From: an uncultured Desulfovibrio sp.
Lineage (GTDB): Bacteria; Desulfobacterota; Desulfovibrionia; Desulfovibrionales; Desulfovibrionaceae
Direction of reading: 5' to 3'
Length of the DNA: 64,000 bases
NCBI GenBank assembly: GCA_900547595.1
Contig: URHE01000004.1
Location: 1,573 to 65,572 of the forward strand
A model generated the notes under the pieces. It was given only the letters and a program-made list of their open reading frames with translations, made no database searches and had not been told where the DNA came from. The position numbers and the translations under genes are program-made. Shown piece after piece: positions 1-9,636 of the stretch (its first letter is position 1; each line of letters starts with the position of its first letter).

Positions 1-1
1 T

Positions 2-1876
2 CCCGCGTGGGGGGCGGACGTGGCTGCCTCGCTCGATTTCGCCCGTGACGGCGACACCGTGGTCGCCGCCATGCGCTACCGGGTGCCGGATGGCTACCAT
101 GCCTACGCGCATGATACCGGGGAAATCGGGCGCCCGACCAGTTTCGATTTCACACTGGAAGGCCGGGGCATCATGCCGGTGCTCTATCCGAAGGGGGCGA
201 TCCAGCGCGATCTGTATGACCCGGAAAGCACCGTCGCAACCTATGAGGGGGACGTCACGCTTGTGGCGCTTCTTCCGGAAGATGCCCGGGGGCGTATCTA
301 TGCGGCGGAGCTGAACATGCTGCTCTGCTCGGCCAGGCATTGCCTGCCGGTGAACCGGAGGCTTACCGGCACCGTGCCTTCGCTGCTTCCCCCATTGTCC
401 GGGCGCGACTGGCGGGAACCGGCACTGGCGCTTTTGCAGGATGCCGGCATGACGGAAACCTCCCGCGCTCCCGGCGAGGCTTCGGATGCGATCTCTCTGG
501 AAGAGGGGGCCGCGCCCCCGCCGCGCCCATCCGGAGCCGCCCCTGCGCCCGCTCACTCCGATATGGAGGCCGCTCCCGCCCGGCTTCCGCCGGACGGGGC
601 GACCCTGCCGCCACCCGAGGATTTCGATCTCCATCTGCAACCGCGGTATGCCGATGCGGAACTGGAGATTTTCGGCCTTGGCAAGGCGCTCCTTCTTGGC
701 CTTCTGGCGGGGCTTATCCTCAATGCCATGCCGTGCGTGCTTCCGGTGCTGACCCTCAAGATCAGCGGCCTGCTGCTCATGGGCGGAGGGGCGGCGCAGT
801 TGCGGCTTTTCCGGGAGCACAATCTCTGTTTCGCCGCCGGGATACTGACGCTTTTCACCTTTCTGGCCTTTCTGCTCGGTCTGGCGGACCTCATGTGGGG
901 ACAGCTCTATCAGAATCAGGCGATCCTGCTCGTCATGCTCCTGCTGGTTTTTCTGATGGGGCTTTCCATGCTCGGCGTCTTTACGCTGCCGACCTTTGAT
1001 CTGAAGCCGGGAGCCGCTGTCCGCAATCCACGCCTGCAGTCCTACCTGACCGGCCTGGTCTCCACGTTCCTTGCCACTCCGTGCAGCGGGCCGTTGCTTG
1101 GCGGCGTGCTGGGCTGGGCCTTCACCCAGCCGCTCTATGTTCTGGTGGTGGTGTTCTGGTCCGTGGGGCTGGGCATGGCGCTTCCGTATCTTCTTTTCAG
1201 TATCTGGCCCGCCATGGCACGCATCCTGCCGCGCCCCGGCCCGTGGATGCACGTTTTCGAGCACCTGGTCGGTTTTCTGCTGCTCGGCACCGCCCTTTAC
1301 CTGCTCTCCATCCTGCCGGTGGAAAAGCATATGCAGGTCCTGAGCGTCCTGCTCGTGGTTGCGCTGTGCGCATGGCTGTGGGGGCGTTTCTGCCCGCTTT
1401 CGGCGCCGCCTGTGCGCCGCCGTGTCCTGGGCGCGGCGGGGTGCGTCCTTCTGTGCTTTGCCGTCGTCTGGGTGCTGCGCCCTGTAACGCCGCTGCCGCA
1501 CTGGCGCGATTTTACACCGGAATATTTCACCGCCAATCTCGGGAAAAAGCCGCTTCTTCTCGAATTTACCGCCGACTGGTGCCCAAATTGCAAATTTCTT
1601 GAGGCCACGGTACTCACCGGCGAGCATTTGCGCGGCTGGAAGGCGCGCTACGGGATGGAGCTTATCCGCGTGGATCTGACGCGGCCCAATGCCTATGCGG
1701 TGCGCCTGCTGGAAATGCTGGGCAGCAAGAGCATTCCGCTCACGGCGTTGTTCCCCGCGGGGGATGGTGCGGCGGAACCTTTGGTGCTGAGGGACATCTA
1801 CGCTGCGGAGGATTTGGAGCGGGCGTTCGCCCGGATGTTCTCCGCGCGCATTTTTCCGGAGCCCGCAACACCGTAG
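2..1876 (+). CDS. dsbD: Thiol:disulfide interchange protein, DsbD/ScsB-like (cytochrome c biogenesis); 5' end lies outside the window
   Basis: Frame is open from base 2. N-domain LCSARHCLP, membrane domain with NAMPCVLP and LATPCSGP, C-terminal thioredoxin EFTADWCPNCK. Confidence 0.85.
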   Translation, partial: PAWGADVAASLDFARDGDTVVAAMRYRVPDGYHAYAHDTGEIGRPTSFDFTLEGRGIMPVLYPKGAIQRDLYDPESTVATYEGDVTLVALLPEDARGRIYAAELNMLLCSARHCLPVNRRLTGTVPSLLPPLSGRDWREPALALLQDAGMTETSRAPGEASDAISLEEGAAPPPRPSGAAPAPAHSDMEAAPARLPPDGATLPPPEDFDLHLQPRYADAELEIFGLGKALLLGLLAGLILNAMPCVLPVLTLKISGLLLMGGGAAQLRLFREHNLCFAAGILTLFTFLAFLLGLADLMWGQLYQNQAILLVMLLLVFLMGLSMLGVFTLPTFDLKPGAAVRNPRLQSYLTGLVSTFLATPCSGPLLGGVLGWAFTQPLYVLVVVFWSVGLGMALPYLLFSIWPAMARILPRPGPWMHVFEHLVGFLLLGTALYLLSILPVEKHMQVLSVLLVVALCAWLWGRFCPLSAPPVRRRVLGAAGCVLLCFAVVWVLRPVTPLPHWRDFTPEYFTANLGKKPLLLEFTADWCPNCKFLEATVLTGEHLRGWKARYGMELIRVDLTRPNAYAVRLLEMLGSKSIPLTALFPAGDGAAEPLVLRDIYAAEDLERAFARMFSARIFPEPATP

Positions 1877-1898
1877 GACTGTTTTTTGCCCCATGCCC

Positions 1899-1925
1899 TA
1901 GTGAACTTTACGCACTGGACGATAA
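1899..1925 (+). promoter_or_regulatory. Possible sigma28 (FliA)-type promoter for cheW
   Basis: TAGT-N15-GACGATAA, compared with consensus TAAA-N15-GCCGATAA, about 110 nt upstream of cheW. Confidence 0.35.
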
Positions 1926-2034
1926 GGCATAGTGTGACCACGCGTTTGCGGCACGAGAGGGCGAAGTCTGTCGCCGGGCGTGCCGGCCCCTTTTGCGGGT
2001 GTTTGTGGAACGCCAGTGAGACGAGGGAGCGGAT

Positions 2035-2511
2035 ATGGATCCAACTCTGAAAAAGCAGGATGATGAACTCCTGCAACTGGTGACGTTCAGCATCGGCGAA
2101 GAGGAATTCGGGGTGAATATCCTCAAGGTGCAGGAGATCATCCGCACCATGGAGATCACCAAGGTTCCCCGCGCGCCGGAGTTTGTGGAAGGCGTCATCA
2201 ACTTGCGGGGCAAGGTGATCCCCATCATCGACCTGCGCCGCCGGTTCGGTCTTGCGCCCAAGGCGCATGACAAGAACACGCGCATCATCGTGATCGAGAT
2301 CAATAACGTCATTGTGGGCTTTGTGGTGGATGCCGTCTCTGAGGTGCTCCGCATTCCCGCAAGCACGGTGGAGCCGCCGCCGCCCGTCGTGGCCGGTGTC
2401 GAATCCGACTATATCAGCGGCGTTGGCCAGCTTCAGGACAGGCTGCTGATCATGCTGGACCTCGACAAGCTGCTCTCCAGCGAAGATATGGAAATGCTGA
2501 GCGCCATGTAG
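2035..2511 (+). CDS. cheW: Chemotaxis coupling protein CheW
   Basis: QLVTFSIGEEEFGV, VEGVINLRGKVIPIIDLR and VGFVVDAVSEV motifs; GGAG SD upstream. Confidence 0.95.
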   Translation: MDPTLKKQDDELLQLVTFSIGEEEFGVNILKVQEIIRTMEITKVPRAPEFVEGVINLRGKVIPIIDLRRRFGLAPKAHDKNTRIIVIEINNVIVGFVVDAVSEVLRIPASTVEPPPPVVAGVESDYISGVGQLQDRLLIMLDLDKLLSSEDMEMLSAM

Positions 2512-2874
2512 GTGTTCGCCGCACAGGACGCGCGTTTTTTCGGTGTTCGGGGCCGCCCGCCGGCGGGCGGCTTCGGACGCTGAAGCGGAAGGGTTCTGGG
2601 GAAGCAGCGTCGGCTTTCGGCTCCTGGTCCGGAATGCGTCCGCGGCTTCACTACATGCGGTCGGCAGCGCGTTCTGACAGCCGGAATGCCCTGAAACGCG
2701 GCACATGCCGCGGCGGTGTGCCGTGCCTTCGCCTTGCCGTACAACTGCATCGCGCTTTCCGCAGCTCATGGCGCTTGCGGACGCGGTCTGGCCGGGCTAT
2801 GCTCCTGACGCCATAAGGGCGGCGGACGCCGTGCTTTCGGCCATCCTGTTCCTGAGCGGAGGTTCAAAGCACGC

Positions 2875-4338
2875 ATGCCCCCCCCTCTCAATCTGCCCGC
2901 TGTGCTTCTGCTGTGCGAAAGTGAACCGCTTGGCGCCCTGGACAAACGCGCCATCCGGGAGGCGGGCGCGGCCGAGGTGCGGGTGATGACCTCCGGGGTG
3001 GCCGCGGCGCGCATGCTGGCGGGCCTTGCTCCGACGAAATCCGCGTTTTCCCCCGAAGTCATTGTCTGCACGCAGAAACTGGCGGACATGGACGGCGAAC
3101 AGTTTTGCGCCATCCTGCGCCTGCATCCGCGTTTGCTGGCAATGCCCATCCTGCTTGTCCTGCCCAATGACAGTGAGGCGGAGCAGCTCAGAACCCTTGG
3201 CAGTGGCGCAAGCGCGCTGCTGGGGCGCCCATATTCCGTTCCCGTGCTTCAGGAAAAGCTCGCCGCGCTTGTTGCGGAACGTCCCCGTCTCGACCAGCTT
3301 CGCCGTGCCGCGCAGCATGCGGATACCAGCGCTTTTGACGCCGCGCTTGCCACCTACGGCATCCTGCTCCGGCCCGAGCGCCAACCGGAGGACTATTTCC
3401 GTGTGGGGATGCGCTGTCTGGAGGAAAGCCGCTGGAATCACGCCATCAGCGCGTTTCAGCGCGCCCTGCGCAGCGCGCAGATCAAGGGCGAGGCCGAGCT
3501 TGGCATGGCGGCGGCTTGGAAAGGCAAGGGCGACATGCTCCGCTTCCGCGCATGGCTTGCGCGCGCTGCGGAGACGTTCGTGCGGGCCCGCCGCTGGCAT
3601 CGCGCGCGCACTGCCTATGTGCGGTTATTGCAGGATGACCCTGACGCCAAAAGTCCCTTCATCGCCGAAGCGCATCGGCTCATCCGCGAAAAAGCCTATG
3701 AGGAGGCGGCTGAAACCCTGGCCCAGAGCCTGGACGTGACCCCCCGCGCCCAGGACAAGTTTGCGCGGATATGCCTTACGGCCCAGAGCCCGGAAGCCAT
3801 GCTGGCGGCATTGGAGGCCGGACTCGGAAAGGCCATGGGAGATGCCGCCGGAGATGCCTTGAGCCGGGACATTCGCGAGAGCCTCACTGCCTTTGCCCGT
3901 GAGCGCGAAGAGCGTCAGCGCCAGGTCGCGGCGGAGCGGCAGTGGCAGTTGAGCCGGACACTGGCGGCGCAGCGCGCGGCTTCCGTGGAAAGCGCTTCAG
4001 AAAGCAACGCTGAAGATGCCGGCGTGCCGCGCCTCGCCGCCGCGGATGCGGACATGCCGGACCCGCGCGCCACCGCGCCCCGGGAGCATGCCCCGGCGGA
4101 GGATGCCCTTGCCTCTTCCGCAGATGTCGCCGCTGATGAACAGCACCCGGGGCGGCGCGTTTCACCGCCCGAGGGTGGCGAAAGCGAAATTTCCTCCCCG
4201 TCCGCTCCGGCGCAGCCGACGCTGCTGCCGTTGACCGAGGCCGAAGCCACCACCGGGCTTTTTGCGCGGCGCCCCAAAATCAATGAACTGCTCTCCGTCA
4301 TGAAGCTCACCTGGAAACTCATGCGGCGCTCCCGGTAG
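2875..4338 (+). CDS. Atypical receiver-domain + TPR protein with low-complexity C-terminal tail
   Basis: Receiver-like N-terminus (EVIVCTQKLADMDGEQFCAILR...MPILLV...GASALLGRPYS), TPR-like helices (YFRVGMRCLEESRWNHAISAFQRAL), Ala/Pro/acidic tail. Confidence 0.7.
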   Translation: MPPPLNLPAVLLLCESEPLGALDKRAIREAGAAEVRVMTSGVAAARMLAGLAPTKSAFSPEVIVCTQKLADMDGEQFCAILRLHPRLLAMPILLVLPNDSEAEQLRTLGSGASALLGRPYSVPVLQEKLAALVAERPRLDQLRRAAQHADTSAFDAALATYGILLRPERQPEDYFRVGMRCLEESRWNHAISAFQRALRSAQIKGEAELGMAAAWKGKGDMLRFRAWLARAAETFVRARRWHRARTAYVRLLQDDPDAKSPFIAEAHRLIREKAYEEAAETLAQSLDVTPRAQDKFARICLTAQSPEAMLAALEAGLGKAMGDAAGDALSRDIRESLTAFAREREERQRQVAAERQWQLSRTLAAQRAASVESASESNAEDAGVPRLAAADADMPDPRATAPREHAPAEDALASSADVAADEQHPGRRVSPPEGGESEISSPSAPAQPTLLPLTEAEATTGLFARRPKINELLSVMKLTWKLMRRSR

Positions 4339-4358
4339 CGGCTCATGCGCGGCAATGG

Positions 4359-5657
4359 CTACGAAAGCCCGAGCAGCCGCGGCATGAAGGTGGACAGGCC
4401 CGGGAAGAGGATAATGAACACCAGCGCCAGAAGCGCCGCGCCGATGAGCGGCAGGGCGGCCTTGCTGATCTCCTCCATGGTCAGTCCGCTGATATTGGCG
4501 CCCACATAGAGATTGACGGCCACGGGCGGCGTGACCTGCCCCACGGCCAGATTGACGGTCATCATGATGCCGAACCAGATGGGGTCCCACTGGAAGTGGC
4601 TCATGATGGGCAGCATGAAGGGCAGGAATACATAATAGATGGAAATGGCATCCAGCAGCATGCCCGCGAGCAGCAGGATGACGTTGATCATCAGCAGGAC
4701 GATCCAGGGATCGTCCGACACGGAAAGCAACAGGGCCGATCCGCGCTCCACCAGCCCCACAGTGGAGGCGACCCACGAATACAGCCCCGCGCAGGTGACG
4801 ACGATCATGACCACGGCCGTGGCCTGCATGCTGGCGGAAAATATCTCGAAGAGCATCTTCACGCTGTTGATGGTGCGGTAGATGAAGATGCCCACGAACA
4901 GCCCGTAAAAAACGGCCACCGCCGCCGCCTCGGTGGGGGTGAAAATGCCGCCGTAGATGCCGCCGAGGATGACGGCCGGGGTGAGCACGCCCCAGAAAGC
5001 CTCCCGGAAGGCGCGCCCCACCGGCATGGTGCCGCTCTTGCCCCGGTAGCCTTTTTTGCGGGAAATGACGATGACCGCCCCCATGATACACAGGGCCACG
5101 AGCATGCCGGGGACAAAACCCGCGGCGAAGAGCGCGGGGACCGAGACGTTGGCGATGCCGCCATAGACGATGAAGGCGATGCTGGGCGGGATGACGATGG
5201 CGAGGCCCGATGTCACGGAAACCGTTGCCGCCGCGAAGTCCCGGTCATAGCCCACGCGCGTCATGCCGGGGATGAGGATGAGTCCCAGCGCCGCCACTGT
5301 TGCCGGGCCCGAGCCGCTCACGGCGCCCCAGAACGTGGCCACAGCCACGGTGGCCACGGCAAGGCCGCCCGTCATGGTGCCGGTCAGGGCCTCCATCAGC
5401 GTGACGATGCGCGCGGCGATGCCGGCGCGTTCCATGATATATCCCGCCAGGATGAAGAAGGGGATGGCCAGCAACGGAAACTTGGCGATGCCCGCGAAAA
5501 AGTTGTACGAGAGCATGGTCAGGCCCATGTCCCATTTCCAGACCACCACAAGCGCCGCAAAGCCCAGGGAGAGGGCAATGGGGACACGCAGGAGGAGCGG
5601 CACGAGAAAAAGTGTCAGCAGCCAGAAGGCGGGGTCCTGAAAAAGCGTCGTTTCCAT
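4359..5657 (-). CDS. dctM: TRAP transporter large permease
   Basis: FPLLAIPFFILAG, GAVSGSGPATVAA, GGIYGGIFTPTEAA and GQVTPPVAVNL motifs. Confidence 0.95.
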   Translation of the reverse strand: METTLFQDPAFWLLTLFLVPLLLRVPIALSLGFAALVVVWKWDMGLTMLSYNFFAGIAKFPLLAIPFFILAGYIMERAGIAARIVTLMEALTGTMTGGLAVATVAVATFWGAVSGSGPATVAALGLILIPGMTRVGYDRDFAAATVSVTSGLAIVIPPSIAFIVYGGIANVSVPALFAAGFVPGMLVALCIMGAVIVISRKKGYRGKSGTMPVGRAFREAFWGVLTPAVILGGIYGGIFTPTEAAAVAVFYGLFVGIFIYRTINSVKMLFEIFSASMQATAVVMIVVTCAGLYSWVASTVGLVERGSALLLSVSDDPWIVLLMINVILLLAGMLLDAISIYYVFLPFMLPIMSHFQWDPIWFGIMMTVNLAVGQVTPPVAVNLYVGANISGLTMEEISKAALPLIGAALLALVFIILFPGLSTFMPRLLGLS

Positions 5658-5723
5658 GGCAGATTCGTGGGCGCGTCGCGGTCGTTGCCGGAACGCGGGC
5701 GCGGAGACCGGGCCGCGCCGTCG

Positions 5724-6203
5724 CTAGAAGTTGCCCGCGCGCAGATCCGCTACGGAACGCTGGCACATGCGCGCGATAATGAGCAGGGAAAACAGCGGCG
5801 TTGCCATGGTGTACCACCAGACAGGCACGCCGAGGGATTCCGAAATGGACTCAAGCTCGTATTCGTCGATCACCTCAAGGGTCCCCGTCCAGCAGAGCGC
5901 GCCGAAAAAGACCACGCAGAGGGCGCAGCCGAGCCAGTAGCAGACCCGGCGCGCCGGTCGGGGCAATGCCTCGTACACGATGTTCATGCCGAGGTGCGTG
6001 CCCTGCCGGAAGGCGCGCGCCGTGCCGAGCAGAACGACCCAGACAAAAAAATTCACCGTCAGTTCCTCGCTCCAGGCAAAGGAAAACGAGGTGCAGTAGC
6101 GCACGATGACGTTGACGAAGGCCACGGCGGCCATGACGGCGAGCAGGACCGAGCCGAGCACTTCCTCAAAATGCGCGTTCAGGAATCGGAGGGGCCGGAA
6201 CAT
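5724..6203 (-). CDS. dctQ: TRAP transporter small permease
   Basis: Four hydrophobic helices with VIVRY...WSEEL and GTHLG motifs, between dctP and dctM. Alternative start at 6215. Confidence 0.9.
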   Translation of the reverse strand: MFRPLRFLNAHFEEVLGSVLLAVMAAVAFVNVIVRYCTSFSFAWSEELTVNFFVWVVLLGTARAFRQGTHLGMNIVYEALPRPARRVCYWLGCALCVVFFGALCWTGTLEVIDEYELESISESLGVPVWWYTMATPLFSLLIIARMCQRSVADLRAGNF

Positions 6204-6434
6204 GACGTACCTCATCTCCTTGCCGGATGTTCCCGCATGCGGGGGCGCGGGCGTTTCCTGGCCGGCGGCAGGACGCAGGCAGCCTCATCGCCTGCGATGA
6301 CGGGAACCGGCGCGGCACCGGCAATCAGGGGCGCTGTCAGGGCCCACTGTTTCAAAATGGAGCGGATGTTTCTCATCCGGCTGCCGCGCGATCTCCGGAA
6401 ATGGCGACCGCGCGGCAGGATGTTCGCGGGAAAA

Positions 6435-7520
6435 CTACCTCACAGCGGCCATGTCCGCTTCGGCCGCCTTTACCAGCTCGGGACCGATCTTGGCGGTCCA
6501 GTCATCGCGCACCTTTTGCGTTGCCTTGTGGAAGGCCGCGATCTGTTCGGGGCTGAGGCGCGTGACGGTCATACCGTGTTCCTGCATGCAGGCATACGGG
6601 TCCGTCACGTCCGGCAGCTTGCCGATGCTCTTGAGATAGGCTTCAGAGGCGCCGTCATCCAGGCCGAGGCGCGAAAGGGCCTTGCCGTATTTTTCGGCCT
6701 CGGCCGCGCATTCCACCAGAAGCTTCTGGTCTTGGGGGCTGAAGCTCTTCCAGACCTGCGGGTTCACGCCCAGGAGCAGCGGGTCGATGATATAGTGCCA
6801 GTCGCTGTGATGCTTGTGGAAATCCCATATTTTCAGCGGGATATTGATGCCGTTGGTGGGATTTTCCTGCCCGTCCACAACGCCCTGCTGGAAGCCTGTG
6901 GTGGCCTCGCTCCAGTTCATGTTCACCGGGTTGGCCCCGAGTTCGCGGAAGGTTTCGATGAAGATGGGGCTGCCCACCACACGGATCTTGAGGCCCTTCA
7001 GGTCTTCAGGAGTGCTGATGGGGCCCTTGCTCGTGGTCAGTTCGCGAAAGCCGTTTTCCGCCCAGCCGATGATCTTGACGCCCTTGCCTTCGATGGCGTC
7101 CACCATCATCTGGCCGGACTTGCCGTCCATGATGGCGTCCATGGCCTTGTAGCGGTCAGGTTCGACGGCAAGCAGGAAGGGCAGCGCCGTGAGGTTGAGT
7201 TCCTTGATCTGGGGCGACCAGTTGATGGTCGAAGCCAGGGCGAAGTCAATGGCTCCGTTGCGGAGCATGAGAAATTCCGAGGTCTGCTTGCCGGAAAGAA
7301 GCTGGCTTGAGGGATAGACCTTGATATTGATGCGGCCATCGGAGCGCTCGCGTACCAGGTCCGCGAAGTAGGCGGCGGTTTTGCCCCAGCCGGACGTTGC
7401 GCCCGGCACAACGCTCAGCTTGTATTCCCCCTTGTACTGCGCCGCCGTGGCGGACATGAGCGGCGCCACCGTCAGGCACGCGCAGGCCGCCAGAGCGAGA
7501 AAGAGTTTTCCATGTTTCAT
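6435..7520 (-). CDS. dctP: TRAP transporter periplasmic solute-binding protein (DctP family)
   Basis: Signal peptide; ENGFRELT, DLKGLKIRV (conserved Arg) and GVVDGQENP motifs; GGAGG SD. Confidence 0.93.
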   Translation of the reverse strand: MKHGKLFLALAACACLTVAPLMSATAAQYKGEYKLSVVPGATSGWGKTAAYFADLVRERSDGRINIKVYPSSQLLSGKQTSEFLMLRNGAIDFALASTINWSPQIKELNLTALPFLLAVEPDRYKAMDAIMDGKSGQMMVDAIEGKGVKIIGWAENGFRELTTSKGPISTPEDLKGLKIRVVGSPIFIETFRELGANPVNMNWSEATTGFQQGVVDGQENPTNGINIPLKIWDFHKHHSDWHYIIDPLLLGVNPQVWKSFSPQDQKLLVECAAEAEKYGKALSRLGLDDGASEAYLKSIGKLPDVTDPYACMQEHGMTVTRLSPEQIAAFHKATQKVRDDWTAKIGPELVKAAEADMAAVR

Positions 7521-7565
7521 CCCGGACCTCCTCGGATGGTTGTACCCAGGCATCGGGCGGGCGCC

Positions 7566-8537
7566 CTACAGCTCGGGCAGAAAAAGCATCAGGAGCGGCA
7601 GCACGGCCAGCAGCCCCAGGGTGCTGAAAATCCAGCAGGCATTGGCAAGATCAACATCCAGATGGAACAGTGTGGGGGGCACGAGCGCGGTCATGGCCAC
7701 GGGCATGGCCGAGAGAATGGCCACCACCCGGAGCGGCAGACCGCCGTCCATGCCGCCGAAGCCGATGGCTGCCGCCAGGCTTATGACGGCAAGCGGCACA
7801 GCCACGAATTTGATGGCGCACACGGCGAGGCTTGGCGCAAGATGGCGGGCAAGCCGGGAAAGGCGCAGACTCAGGCCAATGGCAAAGAGAAAGATCGTTG
7901 TCGCGGCGATCATGGCCCCCGAGGCGAGCATGCCGCAAAACTCCGGGCGCGGAACCGCCAGAAGATTCAGAAGAAAACCGGTGCCGAGCGCGCAGAGGAT
8001 GACGCACAGGACCGGGTCGAGCCGAAACGCCCGCAGGGAAAGAGTGGTCTCCGTATTCTCGGGACTGTACCAGCGGGCAATGGGAAAGGAAACGCTGAAA
8101 TAGTACAGTTCTTCGCAAAGCCGGTAGAGCGCCACCAGCGCGATGGAATTTTCACCGAGAAAGAGCAGGCTCGTGAGGCCGCCCACGGCGCCGATATTGG
8201 TGAAGGTGCCGCAGCAATAGAGGCTTCCTGTTTGCGGGCGGTCAAGGCGGAGTTGCCTGGCGGCCACCAGGGCCAGCGCGCCGCCCAGAACCCAGGCGGC
8301 GAGCCCCAGAAAGGGCAGGGCGGCAAGACGCGGGTCAGGTTTCGGCAGCCCCCAGAGAGAGAGCATGGCGGAAAGCGGAATCAGCGCGTAGACCGCCAGT
8401 ATCTGCAGTTTTCTGCGGGCGCTCTCCATGGCGCGGCTTCCCCACGGGATCGTTCCGGCTTCGGCGGCGCGGCGGCAGGCATAGCCCGAGCCCAGACTGA
8501 CGAAGATGATGGCGAGAGTGAGGAGGAGCCGTTCCAT
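7566..8537 (-). CDS. AEC (auxin efflux carrier) family membrane transporter
   Basis: About 10 TM helices; FTNIGAVG, LFAIGLSL, AIKFVAVP and AMPVAM motifs typical of the AEC family. Confidence 0.75.
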   Translation of the reverse strand: MERLLLTLAIIFVSLGSGYACRRAAEAGTIPWGSRAMESARRKLQILAVYALIPLSAMLSLWGLPKPDPRLAALPFLGLAAWVLGGALALVAARQLRLDRPQTGSLYCCGTFTNIGAVGGLTSLLFLGENSIALVALYRLCEELYYFSVSFPIARWYSPENTETTLSLRAFRLDPVLCVILCALGTGFLLNLLAVPRPEFCGMLASGAMIAATTIFLFAIGLSLRLSRLARHLAPSLAVCAIKFVAVPLAVISLAAAIGFGGMDGGLPLRVVAILSAMPVAMTALVPPTLFHLDVDLANACWIFSTLGLLAVLPLLMLFLPEL

Positions 8538-8653
8538 TGCCTGCCCTGTGCATACCGGCACTGCCGCAACAACTGCCGGGACCACGCGCTGTCCTGGCCG
8601 AAGGCGCCGGAAACATCGCGCCCGATGGCGCTGCGCGTTGCGGGAAAGAAAAA

Positions 8654-8682
8654 TTCATAGCTCCGGAGCGCGCTTTTGTCAA
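8654..8682 (-). promoter_or_regulatory. Sigma70-type promoter for the AEC-dctPQM unit
   Basis: Minus strand TTGACA-N17-TATGAA. Confidence 0.55.
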
Positions 8683-8843
8683 AAACAGCACGGGATGGCG
8701 ACAGCATCTCCAGAATCGGAGACGGAGGCATTTGATCACCGCAGAGCAACGGCTCCACCGTATGGAAACGGCCTTTTCCGACGCATTCTCTTGTTGGGGC
8801 GGCCATGCGCGCCAGTCATGCGGGCGCCGGCAGAAATCAGAGA

Positions 8844-8866
8844 GTCCCCCGGCAACGCCGGGGGAC
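8844..8866 (-). terminator. Probable intrinsic terminator after lolA
   Basis: GTCCCCCGGC-aac-GCCGGGGGAC 10-bp stem, followed on the minus strand by a T-rich tail. Confidence 0.5.
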
Positions 8867-8929
8867 CAGTACCCGAGATTTTTTGATGGAAAATATCTGG
8901 CTTACAGATAGTTGCACCAGCAAAATGCG

Positions 8930-9625
8930 CTATTTGAACAGTTCCCGCTCCTGCACCGGGCGGTCAATGCGGTCTTCAACCTCCACATCCGCCGGAGGCG
9001 TGAAACGGAACTCCCCGGCGGGGATGCGCGTGTCGGGCACGAAGCCGATAAAGCGCACATCATTGGCGTTGCCGTAGAAGTCGATGATCTTTGCCCTGCG
9101 GATATAGCCGCTGCCGGGTTCGACCCAGATGGTGGCCTCCACCATCTGCGGGGCGGGCTCATGCGGAAGGAGCGTCAGCCGGACAAGGCCGTCCTCGGTT
9201 CCTGATTCCTTGACGTCAAAGTCTCTGGTCAGCGCCGACTGTCCGGTGAGCACCTGAATGATGCTGCGCGAATCCTGCACCAGGCTCGGCGGATAGCGGT
9301 AGGCGATCTCCTCGTCCGGCAGATAATCCCAAATCTCCTTGCCCGTCACCACCAGAGTCTCTTCGTGCGGCTTGGCGGTCTGCCAGCGGATGAGCAGAGG
9401 CTTCCGGAAAAGAAGGCGCCCCTTGCGCTGTTCCGTTGAACCGCTCTCCTTGTGCGTGAGGGTCTGTTCAAAGTCCGCGCTGAAGGAGTTCAGCGTTTCA
9501 TAGCGCTTCTGGATGAGGGCCGCATACCGGGCGGCATCCCCGGCGGCAGCGGCCGGAAGGGCTGAAAGCGCCAGCAGCGCGGAAAGAATGGCCCCCGCGG
9601 TTCCTGTCAGCAATACATTTCGCAT
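8930..9625 (-). CDS. lolA: Outer-membrane lipoprotein carrier protein LolA
   Basis: Signal peptide; SFSADFEQ, RKPLLIRW and FRFTPPADVEV motifs; directly downstream of ftsK. Confidence 0.9.
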   Translation of the reverse strand: MRNVLLTGTAGAILSALLALSALPAAAAGDAARYAALIQKRYETLNSFSADFEQTLTHKESGSTEQRKGRLLFRKPLLIRWQTAKPHEETLVVTGKEIWDYLPDEEIAYRYPPSLVQDSRSIIQVLTGQSALTRDFDVKESGTEDGLVRLTLLPHEPAPQMVEATIWVEPGSGYIRRAKIIDFYGNANDVRFIGFVPDTRIPAGEFRFTPPADVEVEDRIDRPVQERELFK

Positions 9626-9636
9626 GCGCCAACTCC

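Noticed and set aside
2512..2874. GC-rich intergenic region with palindromes (e.g. GCCGCCCGCCGGCGGGCGGC) as a riboswitch or sRNA
   Set aside because: I recognise no RNA family motif, and such hairpins are expected at this GC content or act as terminators.
4596..7310. 904-aa plus-strand ORF, and similar long ORFs at 13038-15635, 31566-33560, 39083-41497, 43376-45568 and 51233-53650
   Set aside because: These are antisense shadows of well-supported genes. High GC at third positions suppresses stops on the opposite strand, and no motifs are recognisable.
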